Below, piece by piece: positions 34,001 to 47,000 of a DNA stretch of 64,000 nt (position 1 is its first letter; the number at the start of each line of letters is the position of its first letter). Source of the DNA: Amoebophrya sp. A120 (taxonomy: Eukaryota > Protista > Dinoflagellata); NCBI GenBank assembly GCA_905178155.1, contig CAJINV010000013.1:2662158-2726157 (forward strand), read 5' to 3'. The position numbers were made by a program, and so were the translations under genes. Under the pieces are notes generated by a model. It had not been told where the DNA came from. It saw nothing but the letters and a program-made list of their open reading frames with translations, and did no database searches.

Positions 34001-34609
34001 AGAGGATTTTGGAATCCTCTGAGGAATCCTCTGAGGAATCCTCTGTGGAAACCTCTCCCGAAATCGGGGCAGTGCCATCGGGGGAAGGGCGCGGAAGACG
34101 GCCCAAATTGGGCCAGAGGATTCCTGAGAGGATTTTGGAATCCTCTGAGGAATCCTCTTCCGAAAACGGCAAAGCGAGGCCGTGCCACCGGCGGAAGATC
34201 GTCTGAAGCGGCCCAAGTTAGGCCAGGCGAAAATGTGCGCCGGTTTGCCGGGGCCGCCAGGTTGCTCGCAATCCGCAGCCGACTGCGGCGCTTTGGGCAC
34301 AAGAGACTGCAACACAGACGCGGCGCGGTTGTGCCCACAAACAGCAGCGGAGTCCATGCGCGCGCCGCGTTTTAAGTTGCGTTGCAACACACTTTAGCAC
34401 GAGCTAAACCGAAGGTTTCCCGGGAAACCTGAAACGAGTCCGCACGGGCGGAGTCCATTGATTTCTGGGTCTCACAGCGTCACTTTCTCTTTTTGTAATG
34501 CATAGAGCCCGTACGTGATCAGTTTCTCGTCGTTGGTCGGCTGTGCCGGGCCGTCTTTGGGAAGACTTTGGACCCACTTGGCGGCGGCATCGAACTCTTC
34601 GGCGGACAT
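31073..34609 (-). CDS. ACBP: Acyl-CoA-binding protein (~91 aa, 3 exons)
   Basis: Exons 34609-34505, 31409-31323 and 31156-31073 give [91 protein letters not shown]. This has the ACBP signatures LYKQ.TVGD and KWDAW. Confidence 0.93.
31525..31568. repeat. (ATC)n microsatellite in ACBP intron 1
   Basis: Direct atcatcatc... run. Confidence 0.9.
31925..33060. repeat. GC-rich ~20-bp minisatellite (GGGGATCCGCCCGCTCCCC variants), dozens of copies
   Basis: Tandem units each contain GGATCC. A second shorter array lies at ~33570-33750. Confidence 0.95.
33785..34165. repeat. GGAATCCTCT-rich subrepeats within a ~120-bp direct duplication
   Basis: cggggcagtgccatcgggggaagggcgcggaagacggcccaaattgggccagaggattcctgagaggattttggaatcctctgaggaatcctct occurs twice. 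Confidence 0.85.
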
Positions 34610-37449
34610 ATTAATCCTTACTCGCCTTTTTGCCCGTCTTTGATTTTTCTTCGATAGGCATCCAATGAGTGGATTATATGTTAGCACTTTCTTCCTTCTC
34701 AATATTTCACAAGAACAATAAAGCCAAGGAACAGGATACACGACAAAGCAAGTTGAACTTGCTCCTACTTCACCAAAGTAAGTCTCTTCCTGTAATGGTG
34801 GAGTTTCTTTTCCGGCATCCGCATCATCGAAACTGTAACTGAATCGATAGAAATAAACAACCATCGATCCTGCCTGCCCCTGCCACTCGACCCTGACAAA
34901 AACTGATCAGACGAATGTGATCTTCTTCGTATCGCAAATATGTGCAAAAATCAAACGCACGGGCCATTTTCGCATCAAACGGAACCTGGGTCACGAACGG
35001 GCGGCGTCATGATTTCGCAAAAGCAGGGTCGTCGCTTTGTCTTTTGTACAGAACGAACAAAACGACAAGCGTACGATGAGGGAACAATAGCTGCAGACTC
35101 TCGTGCACAGCCATCTGCTGCGCCGGAGTGAGTCGAAAGCAGAGCTGTTCTGATACATAACAATGCGAAATCTTACAACGAGACTGTTCCTTCTGTTTCT
35201 TCATGATTATTATTTGCGAAAAAATAGTTATACTTGAGCTTAAACTTAGACTTGTGCGCATTTTTAGATACTTAGTTGGATAAAATTCGTGTATGTCTTA
35301 ATCATAAACCGAGAATTAGATAATGTCTTATCAGATACTTATTTGGATAAAAGCAAATGAACTACGCCAGAATGGGAAACACTGTGGCAAACAACTCTCG
35401 CACCATGTTCGCTAAAGTCAAGGTGTTGCGCTGTCGACCTCGACCAGAATCCCTCATGCGGTGCATTTCTCTGCGCATGTTCATCATGCAAGAAATCTCG
35501 TCGATCATCGCCTTTTTTTATCCTGAAACCCGAATTATCCTGACCTGAAAAAATAAAAAACCCATATACATCGCACCAACCAACCTCCAAAAAAGGCCTC
35601 TTTTCTAGTCCGAAAATCACTGCTGTTGAAAAACAAAAGCGAAAACTCAAGGCACTACCACATACTCCTCTACGTACGTACGAACCGCACACGCTGGCGA
35701 CTTTGCGGCCGCGGTCAGTTGCTGCGCAATGACTACGAGACGCGCAGGCACCCCAAATGGCGCGCGTTTTTCCTTCATGGGATTTTAAGAATACGCACGG
35801 CGCGCAGAAAACAAAAAAAAAGATAGCGAAGGGCGAAAATAGATACAGCGGCGCCGGCGCTGCGGAGATACTGAGTAAAAAAAAAAGGACTGCCGGCGCA
35901 ATGAATCAAATGTTGAAAAATGGAGTACACAAGGCGAACCTCATGCGTTTTGTTTGGGCACGCCTCCGAAGTGCGCACCTCTCCTTGTGCAGCCCAAAAC
36001 CGGCTTCACAGATAACGAAAACAAAGAATAGTTGGAAATCTGGGCGATAAGCCTTGCGCACCGGCTCTTGCCTCTTGAATCCCGCCGGAACCTAACTCCG
36101 GCGCCTGCGACGATCACGGCAGTCCCGGGAGTTGAGGCTTTTTTGGCCACTCGCCCTGCTTTTCGCATGCTCTGTCCTGCACTGAACCTGCGAGCAGCTC
36201 ATGCGAGTCACATTCCGGCGCATTCGCCAGTCTGATGTGCTGCGCGAGCAAGTCCTTGTATCCAGTGGTAGGGAAAGCGCAGCGGCAGCAACAAATAGAA
36301 ATACAAATACGAGCCACGTGCGACGCACTGTACCCCAGCGGGCAGCTTCAGAGCAGCAACGAAAAGGAGCAAAACATGCGGCCAGCGCCAGTTATGGCAT
36401 GCAATGCAGCTGGTGCCCTTGCTTTAGCTCTGGCTCGCTATCTCTGCCGGCGCCTTAGCTATGGCGCTGCGAACGATAGGGCGCAGTTGCCTGCAGGAAA
36501 GATGTCTGGTGGGGAGGTCTGGCGGCACGGAAACCCCGGCCGCAGGCCTTGGATGGAGGTCGGCTGCACGCCAACCGACATATCGCAGTAGCCTGCTCTA
36601 CTTGTTGCTGCCTCGCCGCCCTTCTTGGTTCAACTGCATAGAACGTTCTTTTGCTCCAACGGCAAACATGCGATTTGATGGTCCTGGCCCTCCGGCGCCT
36701 CCGTGTCTGAACACCGCGGCAAGCCCCGCACCTCGCGCGCCCGCTCGTGGAGTTTTTGACTGGTAAAAATCATGTTGCCGGCAAGAAGATTGTGCACTCC
36801 TTGCTCCGCGTCGCAGCGTGGAAACGCCTGCTCAATCATCTTCTCGTCCGGCGGAACGTCAACGTCTTCGCTAATTGTTGCCCAAGGACGAACTCTGCTC
36901 GCGAGGCGCGTGACTTTCCAATTGTTGGGCAACGCACTAGCAAGGTAAAATGGGTCCGCGCGCCCCATGCCCGCAACGTCTCTCTTCTACTGATTGTAGA
37001 ACACAACTGGAAGCCCCGTCTCTATCTTTTGATGCCTGGTGGGCCTTCTAGCTTTTGACGCCAGGTTGCAATCTATTGTGGCTGTTTTACTTAATTTGCT
37101 AGCCGTGAAACTTTGGCCAGTGCCATTCGCTACCAAGCACCGTTTTCCAAATCAATGGCAACCAATGTGGCACAAGAGGCCTTCGCCTTTCGCGATCTGC
37201 AACGAGCTTCCCCCTCCCCCAACTCGAAGACGACCAACGGCCCCACCGAATGTGGCTAGCCACCTTATTGCTTGCCATGGGGGCGCAGCTGCTTTCGTCA
37301 AACGAATTCGAGCGAAGGCCCTGGCTCTCTCGTCTCGTGTCAACTCAGGCGTTCTATTCCATACCTAGCGTCGCTTAGGTTCCTGCTGGAGGGCTCATAT
37401 TCCTCCTTCCCCTTCATCTACCTAGCGCCAACAGAATAGTACTAGGAGA

Positions 37450-39150
37450 AAGAAAGGAAGAAACGTTTTTGCACGCTTTGTGCAGGACCGCTCGGCACTT
37501 AGGGGCACTCCCGGTTGCAAACCCGAGCTGTGCTGTCACAAGCGGAGGCCATACCAAACCGCCTCAATGAGAGAGGGCAGACAGAGAGCCTGCAACCGTA
37601 GAGGACGCAATCCACATACCTGAGCACGACAAAAGCTTTTCTCTCAAGGCGTATTCTCTCACAGAGAAGGATAAGAGCATAATCAATCAGAACAGGAGGA
37701 TTGGCGTCCTCTAGAACAAAGACCATAGAGGTACACAGGCCCTCTGGCTCTGGCGTAGCAGAGTGGGAGCGCAAAGAATTAAACAACTACCGAACTAACT
37801 CCTTTCTTGCAGAGGAGTATAGGACAACCCTACTGGGGACGGAGGAGTTGATCCTTTCCAGTGGAGCGGTGGGCCAACGTTTCTGATCCTCGGCGCAAAA
37901 GAAAACGCAGGCCCTCTACCACCAGGGAATCCTGCCAGAAATAAAGGCCTTCGCTTGCTGCAGAAGCGCTTCTGTCGTTTAAGTATTTTGAGAACAGCGA
38001 CTTTCTCTACAAAGAAGGGCCCGGGCAGAAGCAGATCCTCTTTCACAGAATGAAATGGATGAGCAATGTCAGATCATCATAGTTCGCCGAACAAGCGGAC
38101 GCGGATCTGCTTCAAAAGTAGACTGCCCACCTGCAGCAGGAGATCCAAATCTCTTGCTTCCCCTTCGCACCTACGACAAAACACCGCGCGAGCGTGCCCG
38201 CGCACCGTTGGAAGCAGGGAAATTAGCAAGCCCAGGGCGGGGGCCGTGCCATTTCTCAGGAATGGCAGGGCCCCCACACATCCTGGAAATAGTCCCGGCG
38301 CACTGGATGCTCGGCTTCATCTTGCGACACGCAGCGGCACCCGCTGCCTGGGCTCAGCGTAGAGACAGAACGCGGCAAAAACTGTAAAAAGTGCACTGGC
38401 GATGAAAGGGTGGCGACCGTACAAAAGGCCGCAGCGTGCGAAAAACCTGGACTTTGCGGCCTATGCTTTGAACATCATCATCAGCATCGCCGTCATCCAT
38501 CATGAAGTTTGGGGAGGAGAGTGCAATAACTTGACGGGGTCATGTTTCAACTTTACACCAATGGAAAATGCAGAAATCCGATAGGCATGCTACTATGAAG
38601 CAAGGAACAGAGGGGCGCGTGGCCGTATCCTGGGCCCATAATGTGTGCGAGGCCAAGCCATGGGCCCGTTACCGGTTTGGGCAGCACCAGCTGGGACAGA
38701 AGAGTCTGGCTAGCAGCAAACAGGACAGACCGAGAACCGTGGCGCCTCGGATAACGAAGCGCCAGCCCCTCCGCTTCTCCAATTTCTTTGTCGAGTTCGC
38801 GTCGCCCGTCCAAGATCTCGCTAAGAGCATCATCACCCGCGCCCGAGAGAAATTGACAGCCCTGCGCCCCAAGTGCCGGGCTTGCAAAGAAGTCCGGCTG
38901 AACTGTTGCCCATAACCGCACACCCTGCTCACCGTTATGCCGTGTGACGACAACGCGCTTCCCCAAAACCACCGGAAAGAATCCGGCGCCTTCCCGGTGC
39001 ATGTCGACAAGCGACGACGAACCCAAATCAAACATCTTTGGCGTTCCGAATGAAAGAGATTGTTTGGATCTATCCAGGCGGACAGAGCTGCCAGAAAATT
39101 GCCACAAAATAATTGCACACAATTCATAGTTTTAGCCATGAAACGAACGC
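37450..39150 (-). pseudogene. Possible heavily decayed non-LTR retrotransposon (RT and RNase H-like remnants)
   Basis: ORF 38553-39122 has correctly ordered but mutated RT-like motifs: LSFGTPKMFD (cf. D..K.FD), QGVRLWATVQPDFF (cf. GVRQG..LSP.LF), GAGDDAL (cf. YADD) and a downstream GL.L. The surrounding frames are broken. Confidence 0.35.
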
Positions 39151-39429
39151 CCATCGAGCCATCTGAATGGATTCAAATTCGGCCCCATCGAGTTTGAAGA
39201 TCATCAGGCAGACTCGATGGGTCCCAGATCACATCAGACATAGATTCTCCCCGCGCCTACAGGCTCCTCTGCCTGGTGCCAACGCCGGAAGCGCCGCACC
39301 CAAGTTCCGAAGCCCCGACACAAGGGAGCTAGCACTAGCGCAGCGCCCGCGCGCGTGGCTCGCGCGACCAGCGCTGCCGCCCCCCGTGGCCAGCGAGACC
39401 TCTCGCGCCGGGCTGTTGCCCTTTCCGAG

Positions 39430-39665
39430 GCCGCCACAATTTTCTGAAATGGCTGCCACAATTTCCTGAAATGGCTGCCACAATTGCTGTCACAATGGGT
39501 CCGCGCGACCACCTTTTGTTTCGACCACCAATCAGGCCGGGTTGGAAAAAAAAATTCTGCACACAATTTGCTGCCACAATTGCTGTCACAATTGTGGCAC
39601 GAAATCTTGTTTCTGATTTTTGCTTGCCACAATTGTGACACCAATTGTGGCAGTAAATTGTGGCA
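39430..39665. repeat. GCCACAAT(T) repeat cluster with a ~38-bp-stem inverted repeat
   Basis: Tandem ctgaaatggctgccacaatt units. 39562-39599 is the near-perfect reverse complement of 39625-39662. Confidence 0.8.
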
Positions 39666-39873
39666 GCTTTTTTTCGATACCGAAAAATCGTTGGGGGTGG
39701 TTGAGAAGGTGGTCGGCAAGGTGGTTACAAAGGTGGTCGGATAGGTGGTCCGGAGTTCTGTCGGCCCGCCGCAGACGCCTTGGCCGCTGGCTACTGCGAC
39801 CCCTGGGTCAGATTCTCTGCGGGCAAAACGGCTGGGCCTGTGCTCACCACCGCCGACATAAAGATTTGGGGCA

Positions 39874-41690
39874 CTAGCTACCAAAAATGCTCTTCACTGC
39901 GTCGCCCATGCTCGTCCAGGCGAAATCCGTAGGTCCTACCTCTTCTCCTGCGTTTGGAGTAGGTAGTAGCGACAGCGGACGCCACCCCTCATCAAGAAGC
40001 ATCTCGATGCAATAGTCGATGGGAAACATCGCCAACGCTCTCGAAAACCCATTCCCCCTTGCCGCCCCTACTCTCGACGATGGGGAGCCGAGAGCGGTGA
40101 TCGACAACTCAAATTGTGTGCAATTTTGTGTGCAAAATTCTGTGTACAATTTTGCCCGGGCTTATCCAGTCGAAGGAGAAACTTCATCAGAAAACGGAAC
40201 TCCCACGCTTTCGGGCGTGAGCCCATTCAGAACAATACCAACGCGAGAAAATTTTTGCAAGCATCGGTGAACGCCCTCCACATAGGCATCTGCATTTTCA
40301 TGGAGGCCGATTTGGTCAATCCACACCGGCGGAAGCACGCGTTCGACGAAAAACGTAATGCGAATGTCCTCCTTGTGAACCCAGTTGCTCTGCCGGAGCA
40401 AGTTGCGTTGGTCCTTTACCTGGGACACGATGACGCGTGGCACTTGGGCGACACAGTCTCGCACGTCGAGACGCCCATGGCTGAGAAGCAAATTGAACAA
40501 AATCTCATCGGCTGCTTCGGCCAGACACTGCTCGAACGCCTCCAGTTTTTCCAGTTTGCAGGAAAAGTATAAAAAGGTCCGGTAAATATGGGATACTGTC
40601 ACCCGGTACAGCCGAAATGCCAAAGCCGCGCGAGGATGCGCTACGTACTTCAATTAATTTTCAAGAATCTCAAAGGACAAGAAAAACAAACCGAGTCCGC
40701 GTGTCTGGGTCGCTTCATGTAGGTGCGCCTGCGACATACACTGCTCGCGCATGAGAGGTAAAATTGCACGCAGCGCCATCTTGGTTCATCTTCATACAGA
40801 CACTTATACTGCTGATGCTGTTGTCCGATACCGATACAAATAAATTCAACAAGCAGCAAGGGTAAAAATCCCGCGGCCCTGGTTTGTGCAAAAAAAAATC
40901 ATCACTCCAAAGTAAAGAACGCACGCGCTCGCGCCAAAAAATGCTGCATATACTGCTGGAACCGGACAGCGGCAGCACCCCCCACGACCCCTCTTCCTTA
41001 TGACGGTGAGTGGCGCCCTACTGTCCGGGCCGGCGTTTGTCCTCGGGAAGCGCCTCCATTAGTAGCAGCGCTTGCTTCGGTTGCATCCTACTGCAATGGC
41101 TGCGCTTGCACCAGAAGGTGTGGGGCACCTCATACAGAAAAAAATTTCCTAGCAGCAGAGGCGCTGCTGCCAAGTGAGGCATGCGCATTTCGTTTGGCGC
41201 CACGCTACGCGCTTTGATCTCGAGGTAAAATGTCTTTCTTCACCGGCCACGACAAACGCTTCGGGGGACGTTTGGAACACCAACTCACCTGCATAGCCAT
41301 AGCACATTCTTCACCACCTGATCAAACTTGTCATCCGCAATGCGCCGGTGAGTACTGGAACTAAACATAGAAAGATTCGATTCTGGCGTGGCTGTCCAAT
41401 CGCCCCAAACTCGTTGGTTTGGACGGATGTCCAAACTTGGATTTAAAAAATCAACAGGGACATCAGTCACGATATCGATCGTCTGACCAAGGGTCCTCGC
41501 ACCATTTTTCAGCTGGGACGAACTCTGTTGATCTTTCACAGAAGTGATCTGATTCGATTCCTGGGATAACCACGCGCTGTACTCGACGAGTCTTCCTGCA
41601 TACACGAACTGCCTGATCCAATCTTCGAAGTCGATTTTTGTGCACGGGCACAGCTGGTGGATGTCAATTCTGTGCGCGCAACCCAACGCG
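39874..41690 (-). CDS. Probable multi-exon hypothetical gene or gene fragments
   Basis: Coding-like minus-strand segments lie at 41285-41686, 40230-40560 and 39874-40100. Joins were not resolved and no family was recognised. Confidence 0.35.
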
Positions 41691-42054
41691 TCCTCGCCCG
41701 GTTCTTCCGGAGTATCAAAATGAAAGTCGCGTAGCGTCGTGAATCAACTGGGTTAAATGAGTGTATAGCTCTTTATTACACCGAAGCACATGACCTTGCT
41801 TTGCCATCGTTTGGAATTAAAGGAGGCGCTGATGCATTCATAGTACCGTTTTTGCAGCTACTGGCCTGCTCGTGCATCAAAACAGAAGTGGGAGTTCGAT
41901 TGGTTTCGCAGTGCAAAGGCGAACATCGCAAAAGCAAATACCGCCCCGACATAAATTCGAAGTTTGTCAATAAGTGTCAACTCTCAATATAGTGGTCCTA
42001 TGAATTATCGTGGCGCTTCACTGTGGCTGTGAGCCCTAAAACTCCGACGCTTGC

Positions 42055-42240
42055 GCTGTCTCTGCGCATGCCAACGTTGCTTGCACCAGTTGCAAAAACT
42101 GTTGCTTTTTAATGCGCATGTGAGACAGCTGCTTCTCACATGTCTGTGCGCATGTGCAACTGTTGCAAAACAGTTGCTTCTCACATGTCTCTGCGCATGT
42201 GAGAAGCAACTGTTGCTTGCACCAGTTGCAAAAACTCATA
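42055..42240. repeat. Palindromic/tandem repeat block (TGCGCATGTGAGA / TTCTCACATGT / TTGCTTGCACCAGTTGCAAAAACT)
   Basis: Repeated and inverted units, e.g. cagttgcttctcacatg...catgtgagaagcaactg at ~42171-42212. Confidence 0.75.
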
Positions 42241-43538
42241 TCCGACGACAGCCAGTTTCATTTTGATACTGACGGAGCAAATCCACAAGAGTCTTCGGGC
42301 TCTGTTCGCAAGCCTTCACCAGTTGCGCAGCAATTATGCAACAAAACAGGCGCAGCGACCCAGCCGCGGCATTCTGCCATCGAAATTCTTAAAAAGCATA
42401 CATTTTCATAAAGAACTGCACACACACTGAAACTGGGTATGACGAACATGGTCATCTAGTAGAACTCCGCGCACGAGGACCAGTGGTCATAAATCACATT
42501 CAACATTTCATCAGAATGTTGAGCTCTAGCTAAACCTAAAGTACAAGATAGAACAAGACGGCATAAAATCAAAATTATTATGGAGTTCCCTGCTGCAAGA
42601 TCGAATTCCGTTTTGTGTGATGGGATCGCACACACTCCTGCTCCTCGGATAGTCTGGCGGTCGAGGATAGCTTGGAAAATATTCGTGGTAAAGCCCCTCT
42701 CAAAAGAAGTCCCGTGGCCGAGACGGTACTGCGAGACACGTTTCCCGAAAGCGCGTTCGATTCTGTTTTATATTTGCTTCACTGCTTTTTTCTTTTATTT
42801 CATTTCAAAAAAAACGCAACGCGCTATGGCTGCAACGGCAACCGAATCTTCTTTGCAGTACACCAATGTCGTGTCGCGCTCTGTGCTGCAGCTGCGTAAT
42901 CAACACACACGGAAAGTGGGCTCGCCCCGCTCCCCCACCAAGTGGACGAACCGCCCGGCTTTAATATAGATACTGTTCCGGCAATTCGTCAGCTAAGTAT
43001 GACGTAAGTAGACATTTGGATCCTCTCAACAGCCAGCTATCTGCCCTGAGGCGTTTAGTGTTTCGGGTCGCTTGCGTCAACGTTTTACGTCATCGTCCGT
43101 GCCCCGGCCAATTTACCTAGTGGAGCGCAGCGTCGCTAGTGAGGCAAGCGCGCCCAGACTTCGTACTACAGTGCCTCGTGACCTCAGAGCCACCCTAAGC
43201 AAACTAACACGTGGCACTGGTGACTGAGCCCGATTGGGCCAGCACCTGCTCAGGGTCTTCTGCGACTACCGAGAGAGCACCCAGCGGGTGGGCTACCAAG
43301 GTGCCGCTAACGACAAACGCCAAATGCGCGCCCGGCAACAACCTCCACGTACACGTACACGTCCGCCCCCGCCTTGGTGCATGAGCGTGGCTGCTCTTGT
43401 TCATTACGCAGCGATGAAGTCAGGCTGTCTTGCAGGAAAATGCAGCGGGCGAGAGAGGGGCGGGGCGCGATGGGAACCTCGGGGACATGGGGACGCCGTC
43501 GCCCCTCTCGTTCCGGGCTCACCCGAACGCAATCCCAA

Positions 43539-43990
43539 TGATTTGCGAGCAATGCGAGCAATGCGAGCAATGCGACACGGATGCGACGGCTTGCGAGTCG
43601 CGAGAGCGCGGATCTGTCGCAAGTCTTGCGACAACTCCTCGCGACTTCGTGAGCGTATGCCCACTATTGGGGCGCACTTCAGCGGGCTACCCCTAATCCT
43701 AACCTACGGAGCTAGAGCCCAAACGGGCCGCGCAAAGGCCGTCACTTGTATTTATTGAGTTTGTTTTTGTTTCTTCGCTCGAGAAAGAGCAAAAGGCTTA
43801 ACCCTCAGCACTATTCTTCCAAAGGAGAGAACGAGGGCAAGACCACTACAGCCTGAATATGCAGGCCAGCCTCCCATCAGGCAATTCGCGAGTCCCGACG
43901 GTTAGGCCCTTACTCTATCGCCACGCACCTAACTGCTGGCGGGCGCCGATGATTTGCGAGCAATGCGAGCAATGCGAGCGATGCGACAAA
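43539..43990. repeat. Two copies of TGATTT(GCGAGCAAT)3-like block ~410 bp apart
   Basis: Copies lie at ~43539-43577 and ~43949-43988. Confidence 0.7.
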
Positions 43991-44008
43991 CCGCGGCCGG
44001 TTTTGCGA

Positions 44009-47000
44009 TCAATGCGAGTCGCATTGCTTATATAAATCTCTGCGGCAGTATATCAATATAAATGGCATGCGAAGTCCCAGAAAAAGTGCACAAAACAAAT
44101 ACTCATCCGCTTTCATTCTCGCGTCCGCGGCCGTCGGATCGGTACTTCCACCTTGTTGGACCGCTGCAGCAGTTTCCGGAGCAGGAGACCCGCCAGTCCC
44201 TGGGGCAGCGACGACAGGAGGAGTTCCGGCATGCGCGGCAGCAGCCGGCGAAGCAGGTCGGTCGCCACCGCCAGTAGTGCACACCAATCCAGTTGTCGGA
44301 GTCGTTGCGGTGGAAGCGGCCGATGCGGGAGGCCGGCCGCCACCGCCAGCACCAGGGAGCGTTCCAGGCTCGGCGGGAGGCCCCGCAGGAGGTCCGGACG
44401 GGCCAACAGCGCTAGCATCCATTCCCCCTGCCGACGCGGAAGCGGCCGCAGCAGCAGCAGCAGCTTCTCGTCCCGGCGGCAGGTCTGTAGCGGCCGCTGC
44501 GGCAAGGTTTGCGCCACCAACACGGGGAACGAGTGAAGCTTCATCTTGACCCGTGGCGCCCGCATCGCCAGCGGGAGTTCCTCCACCTCCAGGCAGCATG
44601 GCTGCAGCGGCCGCTGCGGCAGATGGGTCGCCGCCACCATTGGGGTTCGCACCGGAAGCCAGGTGTGGCGCCAGCAGACCAGCTCGTCCGCCCGGAGGTT
44701 TCGACGAAGTAACAGAGGGCGGACCAGCGGGAGGCTCTCCACCTTCCGGCGCTTCCGAAACCGCGTCTGCTACTCCTCCCGCCGGTGGCGGAGCAGCCCC
44801 CGAACGCGTCTTGCGCTTGTTGGCGTCGTCTTCTTCTTCTTCACAGGCACTGGGGCAGCATTCCTCTTTCTCATCTGCAGACGCTTTCTTTCGTATCGAA
44901 GGAAAAAAGTTGCGCTCCCAAAACCTAAATCACTACGTCTAGTTTCGTACATGATTCTGGTGCTCGGATGAACTTCAAGTGCGGAAATTTGATGCGTTTG
45001 TCGTGCCACAAACAGACTTACTAGCTTCCTCGCTGGATGCTTTTTGATAACGTTTTTATAGGACTTGACCTAAACATATGTAGGGTCTGATGCAAACAAT
45101 GCTACTGCTCGCTTGTCATGGGCAGCTTTTTTCTTTCCCTACTAGCACCAGTTCCCCGGGCACCAGTTCCACCTCCCCCTTGCGCAAACGACGCGGGCGG
45201 CCGGTCGGGCACCTTGCCTCCCTCTTCCGGCGGTGCAGAAGAGGTAGACAGGGAAAGCGTCTCCGAGTCAGAAAGATGAATGCTTTCCGAAGGAATCACC
45301 GAATCTTCCGAATCTTCCTCCCGCCACAGAATCACCTTCGGCGGTTCCAATTGCTATCCTGGGTAAAAAGCTCTCGGCTCCCGAGCTCTTACCATGCAGA
45401 TTCTCAGTCATGTAGAGGAACGTTTGCTCTTCGTAAATGTAAAAGTAAATCAATATTTTTTCATAAGAGGCATGTAGCCTTTTGCTTTGGTACCAGTAAA
45501 AAAGCTGTAAACACACAAGCAGATGGCTTTGTGGTGCGGCTGCACTTCCTTGTTAGCCAGGAGCACTGGTGCGGCACGGGCAGAATCTTATGATGCATGA
45601 TATTAGATTCCCAAAGCTTCTGGATCAGTGTTAAAAAGTTTCCATCTTGATTATGGGGCCGTGGCTATTTCTACACAGGATAAAACCGGTTCCGTTTCCA
45701 GTTGTTCCGAGCGCAGGTGCGTGCTGCTTTCGGCAAAAGACTCGTCCTGGTCCTTGATGATGTTGGCGTTGGTACCTTATCCCATGCAAACATGTCTGAG
45801 CAGCCTGGACGAACGCGAAGCAGTATTACACATTCCAAACTTCGATGCAGTAAGCCCACAGAGACGCATCTCTACTTCCAGCTACGAAGACAAAATGGTG
45901 CGACTTCTCGAGCTAGGTAGTTGCGCTTCCGCAGCATTGCGTACCTACCGTTCAAAGATGAACACACCATACCTGGCTGGGGAATATTGAAGCCCAGTAT
46001 GGCGCGCTTAAAGTCGCGTTTTCAAAAGTCATAGTTTTTTTTTTTTGCTAGTCTTCAGGCACTGCCGCCGATTTTAATGCCCTGCCGATATGAGAATAGG
46101 GTCGCCCGAGCTGGCGCGCATAAATGCGATAGCACTGGGCCCCAGGAAGGCAATTCGGACGGCGCGCAAAAGAATGCCTCGCCGCGATCCTTCGTGGCGC
46201 ATTCCGCGATGCAATTTCGAAAACCCCGGGTCCGCTTCGCCTCCCCCCGCCGCCCAAAGTTCTGAGCAAAGGAAAGGCGACGCGTCGCGGCTTAATAGCC
46301 GAGCCCCGCCACAATCTGGCGCGCTTACATGTAGTCCCACCGAGGCAAGGCCCGGCCGCCCCTCATGCGCCGCTCAGCTTGGTTCTGCTTGTCAGCCGGG
46401 GCGCTGCGGCCTGCATGAGGGCGGATACCAATGCCGCCACGCGCCCCACCGGCAAGATGCGCTTCGCGGCCGCCTCATGAGCCAGGCGCGCCGGCAAGGC
46501 GGGGCCGGCCCCTTCCTTCGTGGCGGGCCGCAGAAGGCCACGGCGGCGACACCCTTTAAACAGGAAGCGCACAGCCCGGCTGCGCCAAGTAGCGGCGGCG
46601 CCTTCCGTTCGGCGAATATTCCGAATGCCGCCAAGCAACCGGCGGAAGACCAATAAGCCAGCAAGCCACCCCAATCGACCCGGGGCCCGAGATTATGTGG
46701 CCCCGACGACCTTCGCTGGTGTCCTTCCGGGGCAACCTCCGCCGACCCCATTCCGGAGGCCTCTTCAGAGGCCTCCTTGGGGGGCCTAGTTAGCTCGGGA
46801 TTGCATGAAATCCAGGGGGGGTGATCCGGAGGCCATCCGGGCCGCCATTGTGGCCCACCAAGGGTTGCCCAAAAGGCCTCCGAAAGCGGCCCCAATGAGA
46901 GGGCTTCAGAATGGCGCTTCGAATGGGCGCCCAATTTGGGGCGCTGGCGAGCCGGGGCTTGAAGGGGGGCTTTTTAGGCCGGCGGCCCTGGCTGGTTCGG

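Larger units (their letters stand above)
31804..34490. mobile_element. ~2.69-kb nested TIR element (AGAG...CTCT ends, 6-bp TSD TTTTGT) filled with GC-rich minisatellites
   Basis: TIRs agagaccctgacgctgtgagaccca / tgggtctcacagcgtcactttctct. TTTTGT occurs at 31798-31803 and 34491-34496. Confidence 0.8.
31415..34504. mobile_element. Family-A-like introner forming ACBP intron 1 (TSD GAGCC), expanded to 3.09 kb by a nested element
   Basis: The left end is tatccaatgcaaa..ggtctggaattgtcatgc. The right TIR is split into ttccagacccagacatt (~31769-31786) and terminal gtaatgcata (34495-34504). GAGCC occurs at 31410-31414 and 34505-34509. Confidence 0.85.

Noticed and set aside
31693-34390. Long Gly/Pro/Arg-rich ORFs in several frames on both strands
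   Set aside because: They are artefacts of stop-free GC-rich minisatellites inside the ACBP intron.
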